DNA of 63,781 nucleotides, filler included, from Parasitella parasitica NRRL 2501 (GCA_025201805.1; 8 parts of 8 records of this genome joined end to end with filler, not necessarily neighbours in it), one strand, 5' to 3'. Shown: positions 48,989 to 62,739, counted from the first letter of the whole stretch. Translations and numbers: made by a program. The notes: generated from the letters alone by a model not told the origin.

Positions 48989-49869
48989 ATTAGTTCACTC
49001 TACTAAAACACAATTAATTCAGATGTATTGGCAAGTTTGGAGATCTCATAACTGCTAAAGTACGTACCAATGTGCAAGCGTCCAATTTGATCGAAGTTGT
49101 GGCTATTCGAAACCACCTCAAAAGAACTTTTGATGCGAATGAATTCTTGCAAGGGATAAGACCAAGCCCTTACTCGGATAATTCGTATAGGGATCACCCG
49201 CAATCTCTAACAAGCACTCAGTTGTGGGAACCATTTGAGCCATTTAGCGTTGTTGATGGAAGGGGTCTTGAAGGTAGCCTTCAAAATGTGCCATTACCAA
49301 AAATCAAAAGAGCAATCATCAAATTCTACTGTCGGATTCATTCTGTCAATCGATTAGATCCTGCCCATCCACCAATCAGCCTGAATTTTACCATTGCTCA
49401 TCGCGTTTTGCTGAGATCGTCTCTCATTGTATCAGAAAGATACAGAGATAGAATCAATGAATATCGTCGAGGCAACCACTATGTGATGTTCAACAGCAAT
49501 CACATAAATTTCGTCAATCAGGTAGTTTCATGTTGGTTTGTTGGAAGTGTTCTTTTCTTTTTTGAACACGAATACAATAACAACACGTACTTTTTGGCAT
49601 TTGTTGAAGTGATGAAGCAGCACCGTGCAGCAGCCCACGATTCATCTATTCCTTTTGTTCGCATGAACAAACCAATCAGTCAACAACTCGCAGCTGGAGC
49701 AAATCCAATTATTGATCCCAAATATGCTGTCATTGCAGTTGATGATATCACTTTGCAAGTTGGTCTGGTGCAATCGTTGTCAAATGAGCTCGACTTTAAT
49801 GTAATTGGTAACTACCATGCTTTTGATCAGGACATGTCAAGAAATGCCGGTAGTATTATCCACTTGTAA
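48989..49869 (+). pseudogene. C-terminal fragment of a CACTA/En-Spm-like transposase (contig-truncated)
   Basis: RRGNHYVMF...WFVGSVLFFFEH...FLAFVEVM...YAVIAVDDI..QVGLV pattern typical of the region downstream of Tnp2-like domains; recognised by pattern only. Confidence 0.55.
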
Positions 49870-50779
49870 AATGTTCACTACCTTTATGATGTACCTTCAT
49901 TTTTGTGCTGCCTTTTTCTTGTATGCCTTTTGTCTGCTATTGTGTTGTATTATCTTTTGCTGTCTTCTTTTTCTCGCGTTTATTCTTGTTAACCTTGCTC
50001 TTATACACTTAATTTATATTGAATAAACACGCTGCTTTGTTGTTCTCATATACTACCGAGGGTTTTTTACAAATAAATATGTGAAATCAAAAATGAAAAA
50101 AAGATAAAAGAAATACAAAGGGGGCATATTAATTTTTTAGCTTTTATGCTCGATCAATGCCATTCATTCAACAGCCGTATAATTTGTTTCAGGCTTTGCA
50201 CTCATTACATTTATTATGTCCATCCAATAACAATAAAAAATTTATTGATATATAAAAGCAACTTTTCAAAAACATCACAATAAGATTTCAGAAGAGTGCC
50301 TCTTGTGCAATGATTGCTTTTTAAAAGACTGCAACATACGTTGAAGCCAAAAGTCTCCTCTATTTAATTTAAGCAATCAAGCCAATCTCGTTGTTTTGAC
50401 CAGCTATATAAACACATTTTTCTTTGCCATTTCTGGCAGTAAATTGAATTACAAAATAAAAAGAACAAATTTTTGCTCTCGCATGAACATTTGCGTGATC
50501 GTGCGAACAAAAATAACTTTTACCAAAAACAGATGCAATCTTTGGAATGCGATATCTCAACGAATACTTAGTATTGAAAGTTACTACAAGTACAAAAAAC
50601 AACCCAAACTATCTCACAAGAGCATTAATGCTCCCATGACCTTTAAAATGTTCCCATTTGAGCACATTTATGTTCACCGAGAACATTCAGGACGCCATAG
50701 TGAATTCCTGCAAAGCCATTTGATTGTGTTTGTACAGTCTCATCAGTTGGTTTCGTTTGCTTTGAGGCTCTTATAAGCG

Positions 50780-53209
50780 TTATTTTCGCCAGGAAGAACG
50801 ATTGCTGCAGTAAGCTTTAGTTAACTTACGAACGTAGCCTTTTAAGCGATCTCATTTGATTTGATTGCTATCAGAAGAATGAGCAAGAATGCTCTGCATA
50901 AGGTGCGAAATACCAGGGTTAATCTTCTGAATATGAGACTTAATGAACGAGGTTTAGATTTGCTCGCCACAATCCTTTCCCAGTGTTCGACAGTTGTTGT
51001 ACCGTCAAGCTGACCGTCAGTAGATAGTGATCTGTCCACTCACAAGAAATGTATTGGATGTTGTTGTCAAAGTAGAGATCTTTTACAAGCCGACCAACCA
51101 TGATATAGTCGAGGGTTTTGATCACTCGCCCTCGAACAAAGGTTAGTAGAGTTTCAAAAAAGGAATCGCTGTAATTGTTTTTGCAGTCATGCAGAAAAGC
51201 ATCTGTAAAGTTTACAAATGCGGTTGGTTGCTTAATAGGCGTGTTGTCAGGTAATCGTAAAAAATCATACTGAAAATTGAAACCACCAGCAAGGATCAGA
51301 CGTTCCAGTATATCACCATAATTATCTAGCGATTTGAGGTATGCTATCAAATTTTTGTAAAAAACTGTTTTATTTTGTATAGTATCCGCAGGTGCATATG
51401 CTTTGGGTACGTATATAGGCAAAAAGTTTGGCTCTGGAGGTACCGATAATTTTGCCAATATAAATCTAACATCATTGGAGTAGTGTATTTTTTCCATGTT
51501 GATATTTTTGTTAAAGTTCAATACTCCACATTGGGATGTCCATAGCTTTGATAAGATTAGAATTTCATGCTGAGCATGGCTGTCTGATCTTCAAAGTGTA
51601 GTAAGGGTATATGGGTTTCTTGGCAGGCAAAAATGTCAAATTTTTGCAACCTCAAATACCAAATAAAAGAATCAGATAATTGGGGATTGTTGACTTTGAG
51701 TAGATATCTACACAATTAAGTGATCCAAATTTGATATTCAAGGTTTTGCTATAATTATTATGATTACTCATAATAATTATAACGTTAAAGAAGTGTTGGT
51801 GGATTGCTTCTGCCCCTTAGCAACCCCACCACTTACGCGAGCCCCGAAACTGGAATGGCCCAATGCCTTGTTACCTTTCATCTGTTTGATCGTTTTCTGC
51901 TTCTTGTTTTTGGCCTTCTTGAGGAGCATACGTTGTTTGGCCAGAACTTGTTCAATAGAGACATTGGTCTCTTTAGCTTCCTTGGCAGCTTCAAATATAT
52001 CCAAGTCGCTATCATCAACATCAGAGCCCATGTCGGCATCAGACATAGCTTCTTTTTCCTCCTGATGGTGGGCATCGTTGCTTTTCTCCGGGAGAGCCGG
52101 GTCAATTTGATTAGGAGCTCTGAGGTAGACCTCTCAATCCGCTGGACGATAGTTGGCGAGTCGTCTTTAGCGGCTATCTGAGAGGGAGCAGCAGAATTGG
52201 CAGATTCCTTGATAGTCGTGGTGTTATCAGGAGTACTTGGCTGATTGGGCGATTTATGGGCTGCATTACGTTTGGCAATCTTTTTAGCCATCTTGTTGAA
52301 GTTCCACCAAGCCTCTGGGCAGCCAGCTTGCAAATGATCAGAGTGGCCACAAATGTAACATTTCTTCATCTTCGTATCATTGTGGGGGGCAGTTACGGAA
52401 GACATGATCGGTGATATGACAGCGACTACAACTAGGCTTCATGTTAGTGTACGTGAGCGTTAAATTTTCGTTATCGTCCCAAGATTTGATATGAGGTGTC
52501 AAATCCTTATAGTCCTTTCCCGGCAGTCTGTTCAACGTAACAAAGCCTTTTGACCTGTGAACCAGTGACCATGTACAATGTACAGTAGACCCATTTCCAG
52601 AATTTCACCATAGTATTTAAAGATATCGCTCATATATTCCTTGAGGATGGCCTCGTCCTCAAAGGGTAGATCACTGATACTAACTCGAATGATAGTAGCA
52701 TCCTTGGGGAAGGTTCGACTGACAGTCACCTTCTTGTCTTTGTAAGCAAAATCTTTCTTCAAGGCCTCTTCCCTGGCTGCTGCTGTACGAAAGTTGATTT
52801 CGAAGTAGTGAGTGCCTTTGGTTGCATTACGAATACGAAGTCCAAGTGCTTCCGGGTATGGCTCCCGAAGTAAAACGCCGAGTTCTTTAAAATTGACATT
52901 TGCCTCAGTAAACTGAGCACCATCAATTACTATGGAGCTCTTACCCTTGGCGTGGATGTACAGTTTTCCACCCTCAGACAGTTCTCCTATTTCAGCTGCT
53001 GTCCTGCGTCCTAAATCAAAGCAACCCCTGACTTGATTAGACTTGATTACCTGTGCGTATGAGCGCATTGGGTCTTTTTGTTTGTTTGGATTATGGCAAG
53101 AATCTGCAGTGTTTCTACCAATGAGATTCCTTCCTGTAGTCAATGTTTGTTTATCGAAAAGAGCCATGCTTTCAAACATCATTAAGCAATATAGGTTGTT
53201 AGGCTTCAA
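50780..53209 (-). mobile_element. Decayed LINE (L1/Tx1-like): ORF1 with zinc knuckles and ORF2 AP-endonuclease, RT missing
   Basis: ORF1 IIRVSISDLPF..YGEILEMG..HWFTG and CYICGHSDHLQAGC; ORF2 DIFACQETH, ILAGGFN, TLDYIMV, WTDH, GKGLWRAN; multiple frameshifts. Confidence 0.85.
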
Positions 53210-53363
53210 AGAATCTTTATATTTTGAGTAGACATAAACTCATTGACTCTACCAAACAATCGATAACATCAATACGTTGATCATATCCATAGTTCTCCTT
53301 TTTGCGATAATAATTGAAATCTCGTGTCGCCTGAAATACTTCTATACTTCTATCTACATACAA

Positions 53364-53795
53364 TGATGTGAATTACGGGCAGTCTCTCCCACATTCTATT
53401 TGAATTAGTAATTAAGACACTTCTTTATTAAGAACCATGTCCTTGAGAACAAAATTGACCAAGGAAAATATTATCATTAACATTCTGATATGTGCAAGTA
53501 GTTGTAGTGTACATTTTTGGTTACACATCTTTATATAGTAATTGATCGATCTTACTGCAAGTTGCATATGCTTTGCATATGTCAACATTGATAATGAATA
53601 ACATTTTTCTCTCGTAAACTTAACTTTACATTATTTTACATGCATTCCTCTCTAGTGTATATTTATTTATATTACAGAGAACTAGTCCTTTTATACGAAA
53701 TTTATATTATTTGTTTTTACAGTCGGCAACATACTATCTGTATCTGTCAATTTATAACTATATATATTTTTTTATAGCAATTATTCGTATATATC
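53364..53795 (+). repeat. LTR-like dispersed repeat joining the 17869 and 40412 homologies
   Basis: Left part matches 17869-18050 (direct); right part matches 40412-40680 (inverted). Confidence 0.7.
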
Positions 53796-53939
53796 AATTC
53801 AACTTATAAAGACTGATGTATACGCACTGCTACATCTGCACTATATCAATTCCTACAAGTACTACGCTTGCTGATTTACTGCAAATATATTATATGATTG
53901 TATCAGATACGAATCAGTATAATATCTCAACGGTCACTG

Positions 53940-54039
53940 NNNNNNNNNNNNNNNNNNNNNNNNNNNNNNNNNNNNNNNNNNNNTTAATTAATTAANNNNN
54001 NNNNNNNNNNNNNNNNNNNNNNNNNNNNNNNNNNNNNNN
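53940..54039. other. Artificial contig linker
   Basis: Same 100-bp block. Confidence 0.97.
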
Positions 54040-55182
54040 TTAGAAAATCACTCAGTTGACTATCAGTATGATACAAGGGATAACCCAAGTATCGGACCGC
54101 ACCACTTGAGAGAGCATTCATCCTTGATTTATATTTTAAACCACACAGTAAAAGCGAAATTTTCGGTAATTAATCTTGACCTATAAACTGTAACTTTTTA
54201 TCTACTGCGTGAATAATTTCCAGAAACATTGTATCATGTTTCACAGGAGCGCGTGATATATCCGTATTAGAAAAACAATGGAGACAAGCAACTATTGCAT
54301 GGTTTTAAACCTTTGATTGCCATCGTTGTTGGCTCCTGACCGTTTACCTGATGCAATCAAGTTGATATTTAATAGTTTTTAGTGGGTTTATTAAAAATGA
54401 GCCAAGATATATTCCAGTATCACACAACCACAAAAATCTTGGCTTTTTTAAAGTTAAAAATTCCAAAGGTAGTATTTAGCAGAAAAATCAATATATCACA
54501 ATTCCAAAACGAGGTTTCATATGTAAAAGCTTAATCGTTTATTACTGATCATTGAGATATGACCCTCTCCTATCTTCTATCCAATTCTTTATTCAGAAAC
54601 AAAATTTGCAGAGGAATATTGAAATGTTACACGATATACTGCAGTTTGGAAACAACGAAAGACTTTATGTTTTCGTATTCATACTAATCATCATTGGGTG
54701 TTTATATTCATAGATGGAGCTGAATTCAAATGATGCATGCAGCACTAATATCTTGTAATAAATATTTGATATTCTGCACTTCATAATGAAATAGAAGCTT
54801 CCTGTACGATACAAATAAAAGATCCTATTACCCGGTCATCGTCTTGTATATTTACAAATAAAACTATCTAAAAATACGGTCGAAGCTGTGGTCTGTATAA
54901 TAATATTTTTGAGAAAATTGATTCCAGAAAAGTTAGGTGTAACTGAATGTAGAAAGGTAGAATTAAGCTTTTTTTCTCCCTCCTTCCCTCCTTCCTAACT
55001 CCCCAACCCCAAATTGCGTCATTTTAAGTAGAAAGAACTGTTGAGAAGCAGAAGAAGCATTTTATAATACAAATATTAAGAGAAAGGGAGGAGCAAATGT
55101 GATGTTATACGTAATATATAGATGATTGATGTGAGTGAGCGAGTGGGTGTTGTGTGTTGTAATGCATTTAGATATTAGCATA

Positions 55183-55398
55183 TTAGAAAAGGCTGTCTAG
55201 CTGTCCTTTGATTCTTTGTTTGACGGAGGTAATACGGCAATCTTTTTGCTTGCCTTTTTCTTTTCTGATTTCTTGGTCATTGATATTTCCAGTATCGTGT
55301 CCATTTGGTCCAGCCAAGTATCATTCAAGTACCAAAAGTTACTCTCCATCAGCTTTGTCTTTTTGTCATCACCAACCTATTATTGCCGTTAGCTAAGG

Positions 55399-55467
<69 letters not shown>

Positions 55468-56230
55468 NNNNNNNNNNTAATTTGCATGGACCATAAATGG
55501 CTTGACTCCATGCTTGTTAGGGAGATCATGATCGTAATACACAAATCCATTAGGGAAATGTAAAACATCAAGTAGAACAACCGAGGACGTTCGAAGATCC
55601 AAGTTGAGATTGTTTAAAGCGGCATTCATGGCACCCTGCTGAGTCTTTGCATCGTTTGAGTCTTGAATCTGGATTGTTTCTGCCAGCAGCCGTTTCATTT
55701 CTACTGTTGGGCGCATCAAATAAAACCCACTGTTGATTTCTTGTTGATTGAAACCTTCTTGCTGAAATAATACATGTGTTTCTGGTCGAATTTGCAAAAA
55801 TGTGTTTACATATTCCACCATACGAGGTCTGAGCCACACAATGTCCACATCAGTAAAGAAGACTGTAACGTTTAAATACAACAATTGCTGCACGACCAAG
55901 GTCTTTGAATGCGTAATGATACGGTATTCTTTGCTAAAGTAAGTTTTGAAATCGGCTTCAACTTGCTGATGGAACCATACGTCAGGGATAAGCGAAGCTC
56001 GGTCGCCGTAACCCGCTAATGTCAAATGGTCATACAGCTTTTGATCAAAGCAAAAGATCAGGAATTTCTCCTCGCCGGTGTTCTTCATGCTTTCGATCCA
56101 GTTATAGACATGGTTACGCATACCATAATTGGCTGTTGCTACAATGAGCACTCGATCTTGCAGCATGTTGTTGTTAATTTTGTCCATCAACTCTTTTGGT
56201 GGGGGTGGCAACGCTTCTGGAATTTCGATT

Positions 56231-56262
<32 letters not shown>

Positions 56263-56517
56263 TTGTTGTTGTTCTTGTAGCTGTTGATCTAAAATAGGCT
56301 GCGCAGGTTCCTCGCATTGGCATTTTGAAGGATCAAATGCACTTGTGGTCATGTTATTATCGAAGAATGTTTGCTCGTTTGACAAATAACTTGCATCCGT
56401 TAGAGATGAAGTTGTAGAATGCAGATTGTAGATGTGGCCAAAGTAGCTTAGAGTAGAAATCAGTAATATGGCTGCTACAATCAAGAGCCCTTTTCTGTGA
56501 TCTATAGTAAATGTCAT
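55183..56517 (-). CDS. Nucleotide-diphospho-sugar transferase (GT77-like) type II membrane protein, 2 exons
   Basis: N-terminal TM anchor, polyQ stem, FTDVDIVW (DxD), INSGFY, LDVLHFPNG, MVHAN; last exon VGDDKKTKLMESNFWYL after an intron containing a homopolymer and small gap. Confidence 0.85.
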
Positions 56518-57810
56518 TTCTAAATGAAAATAAATGTGTAGAAAGAAAGAAAGAAAGAAGAAAAGGGGAAGCCCTCATTTAATATAAATGTGGAACCACT
56601 CGTTTAATTACCAATCCCAAAAAAAAATCAGAAGCCGGACTTTCTAAAGAAGGTTTTATTTCTTCAAAAAAGGTATTTTCAGAGCCAAGCGATAACTAGG
56701 CGAATCTGTAGCAATCTTTAGGCTCTGTACTTCATTTTGCGTTAGACGGCTCAATCGGAAGAGCGGTTCAGATAATAAAATAAGCCTAAAAAAAAGGGCG
56801 ATCGGGCTCTTTTTTTGTTCGAGTACGGTGCATCCTTTGATGAGGGTTCGAGCTAACAAACATCCATCAATACAAAACACTTTTGCAGTCCGTCTATTTG
56901 GATAACTACGATGCATTGTTTGAGCGCGATATGATGATACATTGTACCATACTGCCCTCTCCATCAATGTGGCAGCTGAGAGATCCGCCTTTAGCAGTCG
57001 GATTAGGTTCTTTTAGGTTAATGTTGTAGTCTCACATTTTCTCTCAGGGAACCAGCTTAGATCCTGACACATTTCTCGTTCGGAGCGTCGTATTTTCCAT
57101 TGACTAGCGAACAGAGTAAATTGCTTTTGACAAGTACAAGTATTTTTACTGGCACACGGATTACAAGCATAAACTTATAGCGTAGGAATATACTATACAG
57201 GTGATCAAGGTATGCCCAAGAGCATCTACAGTGAGTATCTATCGACTGTGTGGAGAAAAGAATAACTCAGACCAGCTTGTCATTTCCAACGAGTACTACC
57301 GTAGTTTCACTGTTTTCTACTCAGGAACAACAGTAAAACATGCTTTACTCGGCACTTGACCTCATGGCCATACTTTTAAAGCAGAGGCAATCGATATAAT
57401 CTTGGTTTCTGGTATTTTCCTGGATAATAATTTCCCTGTCTGGTCCTATAAATTAAAAAAATCAGAAGTTTTAATTGACTTCATGATCAACTCCTGAACA
57501 TTGATTTACATGCTTTAGCATTCTATTGCAGCAAAAAGAAAAACATTCTATAATATCAACACACATACATTTTAAAATTGAGATAAATCAACATGCTTGT
57601 TCAGTATTTTTCAATATTAATTAGACCATATCTTGGCCTAGAAGTTGTTCCATTTAGTTAAATCGTGGCATTCATAGTAATGCAAGCCAAAGATAGCAAG
57701 TCACAAGTACAACCGAACGCATTATAACAGAACACGCGTTGCAAAACCTCTTTTTCTCTTTCTCTTCAATCTTTCTAATTCAAATCAGTAAGCCTAATAA
57801 TAAGAACAAG

Positions 57811-59653
57811 ATGGTGAAGCCAAGAAGCTACAAGAAAACTCTCAACAAAAAGAAGCAGAGTATCAGCACGATTCATCCTTATATCGAATTGATCCAAGGT
57901 GAAATCAACATACTCGCAAGCGAGATAGTGAGTATCTTTTGACCAGATGATGAACTATACTTTGTTGACACTATAAAACATAGGAAACCATCGATAAAAT
58001 TCAAAAAGAAAGAGAGTTGACTTCTACGGAGCAGGCTCAGAAGGACATTGTCACTGCATGTCTTGAGAAATATCAAGCAACGCTGACAAAACTTGTAAGT
58101 ATTTATCAAGTGCAATATACCATCATTCTCATGCAACGCCTGCTTACTTGATAGAATGATAGTCCTATGCAAAGCAAATTACGCTCATACAACGATATCA
58201 CCATTTCCAAAAAGAATGAGACACAAACTCTTTTTATATTGCAGTTTTTTTACATTGTGCGATTAGGCCAGCTTGGATTATTTGATTTGATCGAAATAGA
58301 ATCACCCAAGTCTATGCTGGATGCTATCACCGACATTTGTGACCAACTCATTGGCGCTTCCGTTTATCATGCTACAGATCCATCACCTAGTACAAAATCA
58401 CAAAAACGCAAACAAGTATTTGATATATTGAAAAAGCTGGAAACAAACTCTGAAGACATTATTCTGGGTAATATCACATTCAAAGATATCAAGAATTTGA
58501 TTCAACACGTTTGGGATAACACACTTAACGAGGAACAAATCTTGGAAGATGGAGTGATTGATGAATCAGCTGCTAAAGGATGGGCAGTGATCCAATTTGA
58601 AAACATGGTTCAAAATGAAGGGGTCCAAGATGGCAATATTAATGATGATGCTGAAGGGTCTCAGAAAAATCACAATAAGGAGGAGGTAGAACCACTTGAA
58701 GAGGAGGAGATAAAGAAGGAGGAAGAAGCGACAGCTATTCAGCCTCAGCAGCAACAGGCAGATGAGCTTCCGGATCATGAATCTCCAGTAGAGAATGAAC
58801 ACCTAGTAAAGACTCAGCCTGCGGTAGACAGTGACCCTCCAGCAGAGAATGAAACTTCAACTTCAGATGAATGGAATAAAAAGGACATCAACGAGACTTC
58901 AGTCAAAAGTAAATGGGATAAAAAGGACAGTAGCAAGGCTCCAGCTGTTAGAAAATGGGATAAAAAGGAAACCGGCGAGATTTCAGTAGCGAACAAATGG
59001 GCGAATACGACAGACAACCGAAGATCTTCTAAATCTACAACAAGATCTAATTGGAAAACCAATAGTAAATCCTATAGCGAAAACGCAGCCGAAACATGGG
59101 ATGCTAAAGAGAATCGTGGATGGGATGTTATTGACAACACCGTCAAAGGCGATGCTTGGGATAATGCTGGTAAGTCTTTAGCGCTTATTTATCGCATAAG
59201 AACGATATATAATATTTCTCTTGAATAGCCTCAAATAGCGATAAAAACGATAAAAATTGGACAAATACTTCCTCTCCAAATGATACCAACTGGACATTAC
59301 CACAACCTCTTGGAACAGCAGATGTTCAACAAGTAAACACACCACCTGCTTCTCCTAAATTCGTAGATAATCTCCAACAAGAATCTAGCGAGCCTGCTTA
59401 CAATGCAGAAACAAGTGATAATTGGAGGAGACGAGGAATAGAAGATATTAACAACAGTAGAGGAAGAGGACCATCCTACAGAGGGAGCTTCCGTGGTAAT
59501 CGTGGTGGTAAATTCAGAGGAGGGAGTGGAGCAGGAGGGCCAGGAAGAGGAAGAGGAGGCGGCAATGGTAGTCGAATGAACAATAGAGGTCGCGGAAGAG
59601 GCAGAGGCCGTGGTGCTGATTTAGATAGTGAACATCACTCAAACGCATCTTAG
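57811..59653 (+). CDS. Uncharacterised protein with N-terminal coiled coil, Trp-containing repeats and C-terminal RGG/RG box (Caprin-like architecture), 4 exons
   Basis: Spliceable exons from ATG 57811; final exon RGRGPSYRGSFRGNRGGKFRGGSG...RGRGRGRGRG, stop 59651-59653. Confidence 0.7.
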
Positions 59654-59848
59654 TAAATAATCCCAAGAAAAAAAAAAGATGTATACTCTTACAACGATTC
59701 AAAAACGCTTTGCTTTTCTTATATATACATTACAGAACAAACATGATGCGTTATACTTTTTTTTTACCCAAATTAAAACTGAAAATGATTTATAATAATA
59801 TTTTACATCACTGGGACCTTTTTCTTTTTCTTTTTTCTCACAAATACA

Positions 59849-60669
59849 ATGATTAAAACTGCTGCTTGTTGCATTATAGGCGACGAAATATTGTCAGGAA
59901 AGACCAAAGACACGAACTCGCATTTTCTGGGTAGAGTGTTTTACAAACTTTCGATACAAGAGGAATTTACTGATAGAGTTCTACTGAAGCTACTATGTTG
60001 TTCAGTTTAGGAATTGAACTTAAAGCAATACAGGTAGTAGGCGATGAAGCAAACGGTATTATAAAATCGGTTAGAGAACTGTCAAGTCTTTACGATATTG
60101 TATTTACCAGCGGTGGAATTGGTCCTACGCATGATGATATCACATACATGTCCATAGCAACAGCGTATCAGTTGGACATGAAGATAGACCAGGAAACATA
60201 TGATTATATCAAAACGCAAGTGACAAAAAGGAATCCAGATACAGTCATGACCAAGTTTCATACAAGAATGGCCACATTTCCTTACCCTGCTACCCTCCTT
60301 CGAGAAGCACCAGATATTAAAATCCCAATAGTGCTGGTTCATGGCAATATTTACATTCTCCCGGGAATACCGAGTTTATTTCAGCTTTTACTCAACTCTC
60401 TAAGACCAAGATTACAGGCAATGTCGCAAACTGTTCCTTTTTATAGAAGGGAGATTGCCACTGCATCTCCCGAAGTATCCATTGCTGCAATTCTCTCAGA
60501 TCTGCACACTCAACATGTCAAAATAGGCAGCTATCCTGTTTGGAACAACGACAAGGTTAAAGTAATTGTCACTGTATCTGGACAAGACGTTAGCAAGGTG
60601 AATGAAACAGCAGATCGACTGGCAAAAGCCATCAATGGCTGGCCATGGACACCAAAAAGTCAACTCTAA
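59849..60669 (+). CDS. Molybdopterin-binding/CinA-like domain protein (FAD pyrophosphatase Fpy1 / FLAD1 N-terminal-like), 2 exons
   Basis: TAACCIIGDEILSGKTKDTNSHFL, FTSGGIGPTHDDIT, ILPGIP, KIGSYP. Confidence 0.9.
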
Positions 60670-60677
60670 ATTTATTA

Positions 60678-61949
60678 CTATGCTGTGCTGGGAATCCAAT
60701 AAACTACTCTATTTTTTCCTTCAAAATCTAAATATGCCGTTTGTATTTGTCCACCATGTCCAAAGGTATCTTTTTCACAAATGTACTGGATCTGCTGTTC
60801 TGTAGTGGTAACCAAAGCTCCGTTTCGCAGCCGTCGAGATCGATTTTCATTACTAAACACACAGCAAGGAACTACAGCAAAGGCTTTGCCTGCTTTTAAA
60901 GCTGCGTCTACAATCGGGATTGTCGCTTGATCTGAATGTAGTCCTACGAAAAGTGATGTATTTTCTAACAATTGGGCATTTTGTATCAAAAATTCATCGT
61001 TGAGCATAGTATGTAGATAGTTTGGTTTTATATTGAAAGGCCAAGTTTGAAATGCCAGTTGGACATTTTTATCTCCCCAGTCAAGTTCTTTGCCTGCCTC
61101 GAATCTCAACATAAGTCGACGAAGTCGGGTGAACCAGAAATTGGTAAGTTTACGAGTCTTTGGCTCTACTACAGTTGTTGGAATGCCAAACCCACGACTT
61201 AGCACCATCGATATCTCTCCTTTACCTCCAGCTACATCCAATACCCCCCCTCCATCCTTCAGTTGCTCTGTGAATGTTTGTTTAATCCAGTAGGCAAAAA
61301 TTATGGCGCGGAGGCCATGTGGTTTCTTTGATGTATGAGGGTCCTCGGGATTAAATGTCGCTAATTTGCGATCTCTCTCTCTCTAGCAAAAATTGATTTT
61401 TAATAAAAGATGGTGGTAACTTTACTATAAAGGTACCTGTTTGAGCCATTCCCTTTGAGCTACCTCAAAAGCATCTCCTGTAGGATGCTGAAATGGGCAT
61501 TCACTTCTTCGCTCACATGTATTCTTATTGATCCAGTATTTGCATAGTGGCAAATGTTTTTCATTTGCAACTATTGGCAATAATTCTTGGTCTGGTCGTT
61601 CAATAGAAACAGAAGCCTTTCCCATTAATCGATCTGGAATGAATGCCTTGCGATTAGAATAGGGTGCCACCACTTCTACCGGTTGATAGCACTGCCACAC
61701 TTCGTGTGGTGTACTTTGTTCCTTATTTGGATCATTAGGAATGTTTACTTTTATTGATACAACGGAACCTGGTCGACAAGCTACAAACGATTTTTGGAAA
61801 TCATTAATATTTAAACTGCCATCATCTGTTCGAAACAATATTCGTGATTTTGGAGAGGTATCATTCTCGGGTTGCATATCGATAACAAAAAGAGTTTTAT
61901 GTAGTTTGCGTCGACAGCGAACTTGTCCTGTAATTACTTGATGCATCAT
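60678..61949 (-). CDS. CCCH zinc finger plus SAM-dependent methyltransferase-like protein, 2 exons
   Basis: C-x8-C-x5-C-x3-H (CKYWINKNTCERRSECPFQH); VLDVAGGKG motif I; GLHSDQAT..FAVVPCCVF. Confidence 0.82.
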
Positions 61950-62142
61950 AGCTTCATAAAAGAATAGTGAAATATAAGAAAAAGTTTTTTTTTTTTTTTT
62001 TTTATGAAAAGGACTTGTTGGATTTCTTTAGAAGAGCGAAACATGATCTTTTGTGCTCAATAGATGCTTTTTTTCATCAACTCCATCAGGAATAGGTATT
62101 TTTGAGAGATCAAAAGTTCTATAGGGATTTGATAGTAAGTAA

Positions 62143-62164
62143 GAGCATCTCCAACGGAGATGCT
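62143..62164. mobile_element. Terminus of a second copy of the Harbinger MITE family
   Basis: TAA|GAGCATCTCCAACGGAGATGCT equals the reverse complement of 6028-6049; other end not seen before the contig break. Confidence 0.75.
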
Positions 62165-62639
62165 AATTTTACAAAATTTCTAAAAGAAAATTGGTGAGAG
62201 GATGATACTTTCTTTTTTTTTTTTTTGGACAATTTTACTTACCTTTAATGGTGTATAGGATAAACTGAATACCCATGGCGTATCAAAGAGTAATATCAAT
62301 GGCACAATTATTCTTTTGATTCAGAACGCTGGAATGGTGAAAGATGAGCGTCATTGTTTCTTGCTGCATGTAAAAATATGTTGAGGATGTTTTTTGCAGC
62401 CATTACATCGCGATTCCAAATAATATTACAAGCGGTTTCTTGACACCGTAATACAGAATGTACGATTAAAAAAGAATTTTATTAAATAAAAATAATTAAA
62501 TGACTGTGGGCACATAGCATTTTTCATCTGCTGCATTGCCCTAGTCAGATTGCGTAGTTTATATGAAAGAAAAACCTTCTCAAAAGACAAGAAGGAAAAA
62601 GAAGAGATTATAAAAGTATTTAGAAGAAAAAAAAAAAAA

Positions 62640-62739
62640 NNNNNNNNNNNNNNNNNNNNNNNNNNNNNNNNNNNNNNNNNNNNTTAATTAATTAANNNNN
62701 NNNNNNNNNNNNNNNNNNNNNNNNNNNNNNNNNNNNNNN
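62640..62739. other. Artificial contig linker
   Basis: Same 100-bp block. Confidence 0.97.

Noticed and set aside
56860-57130. Possible structured ncRNA (GATCCG/CGGATT stem, ATGATGA box)
   Set aside because: No recognisable snRNA, snoRNA or tRNA motif set; would need an Rfam search.
57219-57232. Third MITE terminus AGAGCATCTACAG
   Set aside because: Mismatched TIR, preceded by CAA rather than TAA/TTA, and no partner end found.
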